Positions 52,611-63,408 of a DNA stretch of 64,000 nt are shown here, piece after piece. Within the stretch, counting starts at the first letter, position 1. Every line of letters begins with the position of its first letter. The notes under the pieces are model-generated. The model was not told where the DNA came from. It saw only the letters and a list, made by a program, of their open reading frames with translations, and did no database searches. Made by a program: the position numbers and the translations under genes. Where the stretch lies: assembly GCA_963719315.1 (NCBI GenBank), contig CAVRBU010000003.1, positions 96,001 through 160,000 on the forward strand. Direction: 5' to 3'. Source of the stretch: an uncultured Planctomycetota bacterium (GTDB lineage: Bacteria > Planctomycetota > Planctomycetia > Pirellulales > Lacipirellulaceae).

Positions 52611-52805
52611 TTATTCGCCGGCCATCTCGCGCCATAGTTGAGCCACCACGCTCCTTAATTGTGGAATCTTATTGATAACTATATCCCAGACGATTTCGTA
52701 GTCTACGCCGAAGTAGCCGTGGATCAGCCGATCGCGCATGCCGGCCATCGCCCGCCATTTTATTTCCGGGTGTTGTTGACGAAAGTCGTCGGCAACGTGC
52801 TTCGT
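52611..52805 (-). pseudogene. HepT/DUF86 HEPN toxin, C-terminal half only
   Basis: Minus strand KHVADDFRQQHPEIKWRAMAGMRDRLIHGYFGVDYEIVWDI (Rx4H motif). Confidence 0.85.
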
Positions 52806-53015
52806 CTATTCACCATATTCCGCCTCTTGCAGAATGCGCGGCCCGATATCCGGGCTGAGCGACTCGGGCGTCAGCGCGTCGACGCGCCGCTGGAGCGTTT
52901 CCTCCTAAAACTCGCATACTGCGAAAAAGTTGTCGAAGGTCTTTCGACCAGGAAGAAACTCCACGAGGAAGTCCGCATCGCTATCGGCGCGCTGTGTATT
53001 GCGAGAAAAAGAACC

Positions 53016-54534
53016 GTAACACACCAGCCGTCTGAAGTTGATCTTGGTTAAATTGCTGGAAAGGGTTATGTCCATGGGTTATGGCAGTGGACACGCAGTT
53101 GATCTCCGAGAAGACGGTACAAGCGTTGCGCGCCGCAGAGCTGAGCCGTCATCAGGCGGAAGCGATTTATGCGCGCGGCAAGGAAGCGGTGGTTTTTGCG
53201 TTGTTGGAATTGACGAAGGAGCTGGCCGAGTCGAGGGCCAAGAGTAACGATTGCTCGGTGACGCCGTCGACGCCTTCGGGGATGGTGCCGATTTACCAAA
53301 AGCCGGCCCAACGCAAACGGGGAAAGAAACCGGGAGCCAAGCACGGTCATCCGGGTTCGCGTCGGCCGCCTCCGGAGCGGATCGACTGGCAAGTCGACCA
53401 TCGCATCCGCTCGTGTCCCGATTGTGGCAGCCGCTTGCAATCGTGCCAAGAAATCCGCACCCGCTATACGGAAGACATTCCGGACATCCAGCCGGAAGTC
53501 ACCGAACACACGATCCATCGCGACTGGTGTCCAGCGTGCCGCAAAAAGGTCGAGCCACCGGTGGTCGCCGCGTTGCCCGGCGCGACGCTGGGCAACCGCG
53601 TGCTGGTGCTCAGTGCTTGGCTGCACTACGCTTTGGGCAACACGCTCTCGCAAATCGTCGAAGTCTTCAACTTCCATCTGCAACTCAAGATCACCCCTGG
53701 CGGCTTGCTGCAGATGTGGCAGCGGCTGCAGAAAATCCTGTTTGCCTGGTACGAGCAGATTCACTCCGAAGCGCTGGCGTCGGCCGTGTTGCACGGGGAC
53801 GAGACCGGCTGGCGAACCAATGGCAAAACGCACTGGCTGTGGTGCTTCAGCAACCAGTCGGTGACGTACTACCTGATCGACCGCTCGCGGGGCAGTCCGG
53901 CGCTGGCCAAATTCTTCGTCGACGAGTTTGCGGGCACGTTGATTACAGACTTTTGGAGCGCGTACAACGCGGTCACTTGCGCTGCGCGACAAACGTGCCT
54001 GGTGCACTTGCTGCGCGAGTTGGAACAGACCGAAAAATACAAATCGCCGGGCCAACATTGGCCTCTGTTTGCCAAGAAGTTGCGGCGTCTGGTGGGCGAC
54101 GCGATTCGGCTGTGGCGACGCAAGCCGGATCTGTCCGCCCAAACGTACGCTTCGCGGCGGGATTGTCTCGCCCGGCGGTTGGCGGAGCTCGTCGGCGGGT
54201 CGTGGGAAGATGCTCACGCCAGACGTTTGGTGAAGCGTCTCCGGCGGCATCAGCACGACTTGTTGACGTTCCTCGATCACGACGACGTTCCTTTCGACAA
54301 CAACCACGCCGAGCGTTCGATTCGCCCCGCAGTCATCCTCCGCAAAAACAGTTACGGCAATCGCAGCCAACGGGGAGCCGAATGCCAGGCGGTCCTCATG
54401 ACCATCTTTCGCACCCTCAAACAGCGCGGCCACGATCCCATTCGTACAGTCATCGCGGCGATTGAAACCTACCTCGAAACCAAACAACTACTGCCCCTGC
54501 CTGAAAAAACTGCTTCAGGCAACTGATGTGTTAC
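53016..54534 (+). mobile_element. IS66-family element (single-ORF, ISBst12-like)
   Basis: IR GTAACACACCAGCCGTCTGAAG / CTTCAGGCAACTGATGTGTTAC; 8-bp duplication AAAGAACC (53008-53015, 54535-54542). Confidence 0.92.
53081..54526 (+). CDS. IS66 transposase TnpC
   Basis: PGAKHGHPG, CPDC..CPAC, HGDETGW, ITDFWSAY, CLVHLLR, DNNHAERSIR. Confidence 0.92.
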   Translation: MAVDTQLISEKTVQALRAAELSRHQAEAIYARGKEAVVFALLELTKELAESRAKSNDCSVTPSTPSGMVPIYQKPAQRKRGKKPGAKHGHPGSRRPPPERIDWQVDHRIRSCPDCGSRLQSCQEIRTRYTEDIPDIQPEVTEHTIHRDWCPACRKKVEPPVVAALPGATLGNRVLVLSAWLHYALGNTLSQIVEVFNFHLQLKITPGGLLQMWQRLQKILFAWYEQIHSEALASAVLHGDETGWRTNGKTHWLWCFSNQSVTYYLIDRSRGSPALAKFFVDEFAGTLITDFWSAYNAVTCAARQTCLVHLLRELEQTEKYKSPGQHWPLFAKKLRRLVGDAIRLWRRKPDLSAQTYASRRDCLARRLAELVGGSWEDAHARRLVKRLRRHQHDLLTFLDHDDVPFDNNHAERSIRPAVILRKNSYGNRSQRGAECQAVLMTIFRTLKQRGHDPIRTVIAAIETYLETKQLLPLPEKTASGN

Positions 54535-54699
54535 AAAGAACCAAACAGCGCCAAGCGTCTTACGCCATGCGAGAGGAGTTCTGGGCGTAGAACGCCGATA
54601 CGATCAATTACTTCGCGTCGATTTGCACTCGCTGCGACAATGTTACCACTATACGCCGAATGTTCGGCAAAACGACACCGGACAAAGGAGTCCGCGTTG

Positions 54700-55626
54700 T
54701 CACGTCACTAACCCCTTCGTCACCAACATAAACACGTCCTCTAACGTCGGCTCTTTATCGGCGAAGCTGACTAGGCCGCAGTTGGCGTTGGCGAGTTGGC
54801 GGAGGAGGCGTTCGATGTCGGCGTCTTGGCCGTCGATTTCGACGGTGCAATTGCGGTGATTCATTTGTACGTCGCGGACCTTCGGATCGCTGCGGAGCAG
54901 GCTCACGCCCGCCTCGGGGCTGCCGGCGAAGCGGACTTCAATGTGCCGGTTACGCCGAATCTGGCGATAGACCGTTTCGATCGGACCGTGGAGCAGCAAT
55001 TGGCCGCGCTCGATGATCCCGATGCTCGTGCAGCAATCGGCCAGCTCGGTAAGAATGTGGCTGGAAATCAAGATCGTCTTGCCCATCGTGCGGAGCTCTT
55101 TGAGCAGCGCTTTCACTTCCAGCCGGGCCCGCGGGTCGAGGCCGCTGGAGGGTTCGTCGAGGATCAGAACCGGCGGATCGTGTACGAGCGTTTTCGCCAG
55201 GCACAGCCGCTGTTTCATGCCGCGCGAGAGTCCGTTGACGAAATCGTCGCGCTTGTGCGTCAGGTCCAAAAGTTCCAGCACGTCGCCGATGACGGCTTTC
55301 CGTCGGCTCCGAGGAATCTGATACGCGACAGCGAAGAAATCCAAAAACTCCCAAACCTTCATGCCGTCGTACACGCCAAAGTTATCGGGCATGTAACCGA
55401 CGCTCTTGCGGACGCCGATCGGGTCGTTCGTTACGCTATGCCCGTTGACTGTGCCTTCGCCGGCCGTGGCCCGTAGCAGAGTTGCTAGAAAGCGAATCGT
55501 CGTGCTTTTGCCCGCGCCGTTGGGACCGATGAACCCGAACATCTCACCCGCGCCGATCTTGAGATTCAGGTTCTGCACGGCAACGAAGTCGCCGTAAACC
55601 TTCGTAAAATTGCGAAGTTCGATCAT
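54700..55626 (-). CDS. ABC-2 type transporter ATP-binding protein
   Basis: GPNGAGKST, LSRGMKQR, LILDEP, SSH. Confidence 0.92.
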   Translation of the reverse strand: MIELRNFTKVYGDFVAVQNLNLKIGAGEMFGFIGPNGAGKSTTIRFLATLLRATAGEGTVNGHSVTNDPIGVRKSVGYMPDNFGVYDGMKVWEFLDFFAVAYQIPRSRRKAVIGDVLELLDLTHKRDDFVNGLSRGMKQRLCLAKTLVHDPPVLILDEPSSGLDPRARLEVKALLKELRTMGKTILISSHILTELADCCTSIGIIERGQLLLHGPIETVYRQIRRNRHIEVRFAGSPEAGVSLLRSDPKVRDVQMNHRNCTVEIDGQDADIERLLRQLANANCGLVSFADKEPTLEDVFMLVTKGLVT

Positions 55627-55670
55627 GGCACTGGATGCAGATACGGGATGCGGGGGCAAGGATATTGTAA

Positions 55671-55764
55671 GACATGGAGACAAGGAGTGGGGGAGACAAG
55701 TTGAAGACGAGACAAGGAGAAATGATGCACTGAACGAATCTCCTTGTCTCCCCTCTCCTTGTCT
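55671..55764. repeat. Palindromic GGAGACAA repeat element (same family as 1836-1930)
   Basis: Near-identical arm AATCTCCTTGTCTCCCCTCTCCTTGTCT. Confidence 0.8.
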
Positions 55765-55767
55765 AAA

Positions 55768-58364
55768 TTACTGCTCTAGCGGGTCTTTTTCTCTTGGATC
55801 GTCTTCAGTGGCTTTGATCTCGCGACGGGTGTTTTTATCTTTTTCGGGTGGCGATGGCGGGGCGTATTGCAGGTGGACGACCACCAGCGTCGCCCCACGG
55901 ATTTGCGAGGCGGTGGGAGTGATGTTTTCGCCGGGCAGCACTTCATCCACCCGGGCCACCAATCGCGTTTCACCTCCTTCCATATGCCTCGGGTCGAGCG
56001 CGAGTTGAAACATGGGTTCCAGGTTCAGTCGCGAAGTTTTGATCATGCGGGCTTCGGCCGTACGTTCATCGCTAAAGAAATGTTTCTTGTCTGGCATGGC
56101 AGACATGCGTTCGCTGGTCGGTGCCGATTGGCCGGGGAGCAGGTCGCCGATCCAGCGGCCTTCGAAACTGCGGCGCTTCTTCGGATCTTTGCTGTTCAAC
56201 TCCTCATCCGTCGGTTTGCGGAGGATACACACGCTGTGAAGCTCGAGCTTGGTGTGGTTCTCGATCTGTGCGCTGCCCAACGCGGCTGACTTGCCCAGGC
56301 GAATGGGACCATCCAGTGTATGCATCTGTTCGCTGTGAATCATCCCAGTCGTGTTCGAGGAAATCGGCAAGCCGACGAGGCGCACATCGTCGTACCTCTG
56401 GAAATTGACCGGCGTCAACTGCTGTCCGATTAGCATTTGAAAGTCGGTGTTGCGGGGGAACGGCGCGACTAACGTCGTGCCATTCTCGGACTTGAAATCG
56501 TACGTGGTCGAAAGCGATGTGTAGAGCGCGGTGTAGCGCGAGAGGTGCGTCCGCGCGTGCTCCGGCTGCTGTTCGAGGATCCCGATTTCCGTTTGGGCGC
56601 GCACAAAGCCGATATCGAGTTGTGCCCGCTGCACAATGATCCAGGTCCCGCCCAGAGCGATGGCCGGAGCGGCGATCCAGGCCCATTCGATGCGGCCGAT
56701 CGTGCGAAAGATGATCCAATTCAGCGGCACGAGGGCGACCAAATAAGCAGCCAGGCAGAGGACGACGAAGTCCGCCCCGGGTACTTCGACGCCGGCCGCT
56801 TCCAGCAACGCGATCCGCGCTGCTTCGGCCGAGGCGCTGAAATCGTTCCAGGCCCCGATGCCGCCGACACTCGTGGTCGGCCGGTATTCGGTCCGCGTGA
56901 TCGGCTGGCCGCGTTGGTTGAAATTCGGGTAGTTGGGATCGTTCGTTACGTTTTGGTAGTGGTACGAAGTATCAACGCCCAGATCGCGCGCGAAGTATCG
57001 GAGATTGGTGTTGAGGGCCGCGTCCAGCCGGTGCTCTTTCAAGCTGTCGGCGGCCCAAGTCAGCGTTACTTGATCGTAAAAACCTGGGAGGTATTTACGA
57101 GCCGGCCGGCGCATTAAGCAGGCGTTGAACAAACTCTCAAAGCCCGAACGCCAATTGATCAGGTCGCGTTCAGTGAGTTGCATGGCGGAAACAACGATCT
57201 GACCGCGGCCAATCTGCCGCTCCACGAACAGTCCACCCGTATTCGGTAGCTCCTTGCGCCAACATTCGGAACGGGCACGAGCTTGATCGCCGACCAGGGC
57301 TTGGCGGGCTTGAGCGGTTCGCCGGGCGCCTTGGGCGTCGAGACCAACCAATGCTGATTCAATGCAGCGATCTCCGGACTATCGACCCCGATCTTCACCG
57401 GTCCGCCGCTCGTCGCGGGCAAATACGGTTCTAGGAACGAGCCCTTTAACAGGTCGAGCGAATCCGGGCCGCTGATGATGAGTTGCCCGCCCCAGTGAAT
57501 CCAATCGACGAGGGCCTTCTTCTGATCGGGCGAGAACGGGTCGCCTGGATCGACTTCGTCCCACAACACGTATGCAATCGAGGTCCAAGTGAGCGGGTTA
57601 TCGGGGAGTGCGACGGTTGGTCCGGCGGCCAGCGGCACGACGCTATACATCATCGAATCTTTGAGTTCGTCGGAATCGGTCTCGCCGCCGAAAGGCACTT
57701 TTACGCAATCAATTGTTTTGATGTACGCGTAGCGCGCGGGTTCTTTGGCCAATATCACGAAGTGGTATTGGTAAGAGGGCATCGGCGTGAGCGTCGTACG
57801 CAGCGGTGTTTGGCCGAATCCTATGCTGCGCTCTTCTAGCTCGGACGAGAGGTACAAATACTGCCTCGTTTCCGAAACGACCGGAATTACTGGAATGAAT
57901 AAGGTTGTTTCGGTCGCTTTCTTCCGGCCCTTATTCAGCAGTACCGGTCGACTCGCGCGCACGTTAAACGGCGTGTTGGCGACGGGGAAAGGTCGGTTCT
58001 TGGCATCAACGACCGACATCCGCGAGTCGCCCACGAAGTCGCGATAATTCGCCAGCATCTCCTGGCTGATGGCTTCCCAATGCCCCGGCTTGACCAGTGG
58101 CATCTGCGTCTTCGGCTCTGCAGGCATTACGATCGGCGTGAATAGTTCGAACTCGTTTTTGTGGCCCTTCTTCTCCTCTTCTTCCTTTTTTTTCTGCTCC
58201 TCGGCAAGCTTGGCCGCTTCATGCGGATCGACGAAGAAGCACCCCCGGAGCGTGCCGAACGCGATCACGCCAAAGACCAAAAGCAAGAGCAGCGCCGCGG
58301 CGATCGCCCACGGCGACCACTTCGTGCGTTCCTCGGCTTCTAGATCGGTTGGTTCGATGGACAT
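55768..58364 (-). CDS. Large ABC-associated membrane protein (frameshift near 57260)
   Basis: N-terminal TM, WIHWGGQLIISG, GRGQIVV, TM pair PLNW..RIEWAW. Confidence 0.7.
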
Positions 58365-58476
58365 AGGCGTTTCGGTGCGCTATTCATTATACCGCCGCGC
58401 GCGTGCGACGCAGTAGTGGTCGCAAGGACGATTGGCGAGGGACCAAATCGGTGTTTTGGAAAGAGAGGTTTGCTTT

Positions 58477-58630
58477 TCAATCTTTCCCGCCATGCTTTCG
58501 TCGGAGAAGTAGTCCCGCTATTCCGGTCACCGCAGCAATTGAGAAAACCATGACCAGGCAAATAGACGCCGCGCGGTCATCCACGCCGTAATGCAGCAGC
58601 TGGAAGACTTGGATCGAGAGGGCCGTGGCC
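58477..58630 (-). repeat. Orphan second copy of the ABC permease 3' end (direct repeat of 61664-61798)
   Basis: 135 bp colinear, 15 mismatches; encodes ATALSIQVFQLLHYGVDDRAASICLVMVFSIAAVTGIAGLLLRRKHGGKD*. Confidence 0.92.
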
Positions 58631-60616
58631 TCAAGCCGCATTCAGATACCGCGAGCGGCGACCGGCTACAACCGCAACGCCCGATATCATGAGCAACCAA
58701 TAGGATGGCTCGGGAACACTCGCGGCGACACCGATGCCTGCGGATAGATTGTTCCGCCAGACTACATAATCGGCCCCGTCGATGATGCCATTGCTGTTGC
58801 CATCTGCTCCAGTTCCGGGAGTAACGATATCGCCGAAACCACTTCTCCATACTGTGTAGTCTTGAGCATCAACCACTGAATCGCCGTTGTAATCGCCCTG
58901 AACAACCAACGGCGGCGCGACACCATACCACCATGCAAGTGCATAGTCCTGACCAGCTTGACCCTGAATATCGGAATCGGTCTGGCGAACCCAAATCTCG
59001 TATTCGTCCGTTGTCTCTATTTGGAAAAAAATGTGCTGAAGAGTACCCTCGGCAGAATTTGATTGTGCCACCGCCTGCATGGGGGTCGCAGAACCCTTAG
59101 GCAATAGAAATAAGTCCAAGTTGTTGATGAGATCGTCGTTATCCGGCGTTGGAAATGTAGCCGTCGATGGGTTAAAGGTATCGCCAATGTCATATTCACC
59201 GTCCATGTCGGCATCCGATTGAAAAGTGACTTTTCGGTCCCACGCGAGCGTAATCGATATGAAGTGATTGGCTAGCAGTGAGCCGGCCAATGGATACTTG
59301 TTGATGTTCGTCGCACCAGTCGTGTGACCGTAGTCCCATGCTATGTCGGGAACATCGCCAGAATTCGGCGCGTATTCGCCGGGCAGAAATTGCTGCAGAG
59401 CCCGCTTCGCGTTGAGATGACCCGCTCCCATTTGATCGTCGAGCGGTGTGGGGCCGCCACCACCTTGCAACCCATCATCATACGCCTCGGAAGCCAGCCA
59501 ATCGTTACCACTTTGGTCCAGTACGGTGCGTTCCATTCCAAGCAGGCCACCCTGCGGTACTGCAACTCCATTGACCTCAACGCTGCCGTCATCGATAAGT
59601 TTGTCCGCAGAATTCATCAGCACGGCCTTCATCACCTCGTGCCGGCGCGCGTTTGCTCCCCAACGCGGGGCACCCGCATTCATAATTCTTTCTTCGGCAT
59701 ATTGCTGCAATAAGGCGACAGTGCCGACTACGTGTGGAGCGGAGTAACTCGTTCCACCAATCGAAGTTGTCACGTCACCAACGTTCGCCAACTTGACGTT
59801 TTCACCTGGCGCTAGCAAATCAATGGAAGTCCGATCCCCTTCGGCATCGCGGTCATACTGGTTTCGGTCCGCGACCTAGCGATACACGCCGTCAACTCTT
59901 ACAGAGGAAGCGATATCCATTCCATTAAAGTTGTCTGTGGGAATCGAATTCGTATCGCTGTCCTCGTTGCCAGCAATCACGTACAGCACATCGTGGTGGG
60001 CGGCTGACCAGTCGACGAACTGCGTCAAGAGTTGATTGCCATTCCTAATCGTCCCCGTGAACGGCAAGGCAAAACTCATGTTGATGGTGCGCACGTCGGT
60101 GCCAGCGAGCGTGGCAAGGTGTTGGTTCGTGATTGCTACTGCTTCATCATTTCCGACAAGAACTGTTATCGGGTTGTACCCTGCCGAGAACAAGCTTGCC
60201 CCTGGTGCAACGCCCGTTGGCGAATCACCGTCGTTGTCTGGAATACTTGTATCCGTCGAGATCATCACACCCGCAACGCGAACTGCATGCGGCTCGACTT
60301 CGGTGTCTTCGTCCGCGGTCGGCGTGAAATCAGGCGGCGGGGGCGGAAATGTGGCCACCTCATGTCGAAAGAAAACGTCTTCAGGAATAACCCTCGAATT
60401 AAGAAGCACTCCGTCAGTGTCGAAGTCTGGCTTACCAGACCGATGACGCTCAACTTGGCCAATCGCAATTCCCACTCCGGTCAATGGCGCACCATTGAAA
60501 TCGCGAAGGCCCGCGGAATTGATGCCGTTCGGCCCGATTGTTACAGTGCTTCCAAATGTATCGCTGACAGTCACTATTAAGCATATCAATGTGATTAAAC
60601 TGATAGGACTTTTCAC
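58631..60616 (-). CDS. S8 subtilase with dockerin-like repeats and PEP-CTERM; in-frame TAG at 59876-59878
   Basis: IAIGQVE, HAVRVAG, AGNE, GTSYSAPHV, GDYNGD..GADGN, VPEPSY..RR; the two track ORFs share one frame. Confidence 0.85.
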
Positions 60617-60705
60617 TTTTCAGCCTCCTTGATTGGTATGGAGCAGACTAGATTCGGAATCCGCATGATCATTCGAATTCACTGACGGCAGGGGCGGTTA
60701 TCGCT

Positions 60706-61332
60706 TTATTCCACTTCAACCTTTCGCATCAGGCTGATCGTTGTTCGATCCAAATCGAACAACTCGATGTCATAAGTCCCAGGATTCAGCGTGCCAAGTG
60801 GTGCCCAATAGTAATACAACAGCCCATCTCTGGTCGCACCAGTAGGCGGAGACTCGCGAAAAGCCAGTCGTATTGTTTTGTCTTTGACCTTTATGCTTTC
60901 GACGGTCCACCAAGTAGGATCGCTTGGCCCTGTGCCAAGGTAGGCGACCAGCCAGTGGCTGCCACGAATTGGATGCACAGTATTGACCGCCGCTGGCGTG
61001 CGGGCCGCACGTGAACCAAGGAGGATTCTAGTACTCGCCCTAACCGCATCTTGAACCGTCGTCGCATCGATCAGAAACGCATTCGATGCGCCTGAGTGGG
61101 TGTTTTGCTCAATCTTTCCGATGTAGTTGTAGTACGCCTTATTGTCTCGCTTGCCGTCCTCTTGTCGAAACACATTATTCGCGGGCTCCATGCCTTTTTG
61201 TGGGCCGGTCGTAACCACTGACGACAGTGGGACGATTCGCTCCGAGCTTTCACTGGTTTCGCCCAGTGATGTATGTCCCATTGTCGCGAGTTGGATCACG
61301 GCGACAGCAAGACCAAATTCTAGAGGTTTCAT
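60706..61332 (-). CDS. Exported hypothetical protein, possible PrcB C-terminal-like domain
   Basis: YLGTGPSDPTWWTVESIKVKDKTIRLAF..TRDGLLYYYW pattern; co-oriented upstream of the protease. Confidence 0.5.
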   Translation of the reverse strand: MKPLEFGLAVAVIQLATMGHTSLGETSESSERIVPLSSVVTTGPQKGMEPANNVFRQEDGKRDNKAYYNYIGKIEQNTHSGASNAFLIDATTVQDAVRASTRILLGSRAARTPAAVNTVHPIRGSHWLVAYLGTGPSDPTWWTVESIKVKDKTIRLAFRESPPTGATRDGLLYYYWAPLGTLNPGTYDIELFDLDRTTISLMRKVEVE

Positions 61333-61647
61333 ATGTTGACTGTATTGAATGGATAGAAGTTGCACCCGAAATCAAACGCATACAGCCGAACCTAGCACAC
61401 TTCGCTTCTCAGTAGCAAACATATTTCGCAAGCACCAAAAACGAACAGCTACAAGAGAACTGGCAGTTGCAGTAGCAACGGCCATCCTGCGCGTTATGAA
61501 GCCATGCAATCGATAGAGTGCTCGTTCTACGCAAGTCCGGCAAAAGCCCTGACGGCAGTAGCTGTCAAAATGCCGCGACAATAAATTTCACGGACCATCC
61601 GAGGCCATCTTCCGACGAAGCTTTCAGATCGAACATTCACCCCGCAA

Positions 61648-63381
61648 TTAGCTGCCACTCACTTTTCGTCGGAGCAATAGTCCTGCTATTCCCGTGACCG
61701 CTGCGATCGAGAAAACCATGACCAGGCAAATGGAGGCCACGCGGTCGTCCACGCCGTAATGCAGCAATTGAAAGACTTGGATCGAGAGGGCCGTGGCCCC
61801 GCGCTGCGGCGGCATGACGAGGATCGTTGCTGCCAATTCGCCGACCGCGACGGCTAGTCGCCACCAGCCAGGCCGCAACCACCGCTGGCCAGCGCTGTGG
61901 AAGGGCAATCCGCAGCAGCCGCCCCCACCAGCCGGCGCCGTCCGTAGCGGCCGCGTCGAGCATCACCTGAGGAATGCTGGCCAGCGCCGGCCAGAGAATC
62001 AACGTGGCGATCGGCAGGGCCCGCACGGTTTGGACAAGCCACGGGGCGAAATTGGAATCGTACAACCACGCTAAGGCGTTCAACGGAGATTCCGGCGGCC
62101 GATCCAATAATCGAATGACGCCCAATCCGAGAAGCGGACCCGGAAGCGTGAGGCATAGCGCGATCGCGAAGAGGCGGAGCCACGGGGTTGAGAAAATGAT
62201 CTGCGAACTTGGCACTCTCACTAGTCCTCCGCGCAAACTCCAAGCCAGCGGCACCGCAATCAGAAGCGCCGCCGTGGCCGAAGCACAGCTGATTCGAGCA
62301 GTCAACCAGAACTCGCCGCGGAATTCGCCGGGTGCCGACGCCACGCGTTCGATCGCCATCAGCGGTGACCATGTGCGGACGCGACTGCTGTCGGTGACCG
62401 TCACCTGGACGCCGGCCTTGTACGCAAGATTTGCCAGCGGCACCCCGGCCAGCAATACCATACTGGACCACAACACGATCGCGGCCGGCCACCGCCCGGC
62501 TTTCATTCGCCAAATCCACGGCGCGCGTTGCTGCGCGTCGGCCAGGTCGGCGAACACACGCGAGATTCCGACGATTACCGCCAATGCCAAAGCGGTTGAA
62601 AGAAGCAAGCCGCTCCACAGCCCGATGGCGGGAAATGCTGCGGGCGTCGAGCTGGAGGTAGGGAGTGCCGAACTGTTTGTCGCTCCGCTCGCGTCAAGCT
62701 CCCTGCTCCCAGCTCCCTGCTCTCCGCCATAATCAAACGTGCCGAGCGCCGCCTGCGTATAGACTTCTTCCGCAAACGTGCGGACTTGAAAGAAGTCGGT
62801 CACGCTGATTTCGGTCATCACGACGGTCACGATCCAGACGGCCGCGACCGCGATCGCCGGCGCGGCCCGCCGGATCGAAACGTACCACAGCACTTTGAAC
62901 GGCGTGGCGCAGGTTGCCGCGTCCTCTTCGATCTCCGCTTCCACCGCCCGCAGCCCGGCCCCGACGATCAGCACGACCCACGGCACGGCCGCCAGGCCGT
63001 GGACCCAAACGGCCGCCCGCCATCCGGCCAGCCAGGGTTGATGCGCCAAGTGCGGGTTGGTGACCAGCGTGTGCCAGCCTTGAATTCCGAACCCGGCATC
63101 CCAAGCCCCGGTGACCAGGTAAAGGGGGACGAACAGCATCCCGACGAGTAGCCAGGCGGCCGGCCGGCGCCGGGCGCATCCGTCTTGAAGATAATCACCG
63201 CCAGCAGCGTGCCCAGCGGCAGCGCGATCAGGCATGCCCCGCCCGCCAGCCAGGCGGTGTTCAGCCAGAGTTTGGCCACGCGCGGGTCCGCCCTCCAAAC
63301 CAATGCCAGCCCGAAAGCGACGGCGGCGGCCCAGGCCAGTTTCGGGAAAAGCGATTTCCGGCGTTGATCGACGATCGACAT
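61648..63381 (-). CDS. Fe3+/thiamine-type ABC transporter permease (frameshifts near 63165 and 61850)
   Basis: Two BPD_transp_1 halves (IEEDAATCATP; LDAAATDGAG), GEL..TAL. Confidence 0.8.
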
Positions 63382-63408
63382 TCCCCGCCAATTCATGCTG
63401 CTATTCTA

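Larger units (their letters stand above)
52806..54640 (-). pseudogene. MntA-type minimal nucleotidyltransferase antitoxin split by IS66, with internal stop
   Basis: Rejoined: ..GVRRLALFGSFSRNTQRADSDADFLVEF..TFDNFF..F*EETLQRRVDALTPESLSP..ILQEAEY; TAG at 52905-52907. Confidence 0.85.

Noticed and set aside
52659..53051. 130-aa plus-strand ORF
   Set aside because: Antisense shadow of the MntA/HepT remnants running into the IS66 end.
59876..59878. Pyrrolysine or programmed amber readthrough
   Set aside because: TAG is used as a normal stop elsewhere (guaB, glnD, vapC) and no pyl genes are present; mutation or miscall is simpler.
58496..61798. Diversity-generating retroelement TR/VR pair
   Set aside because: Mismatches are synonymous, mostly third-position changes of all base types, not adenine-specific, and there is no reverse transcriptase in the window.
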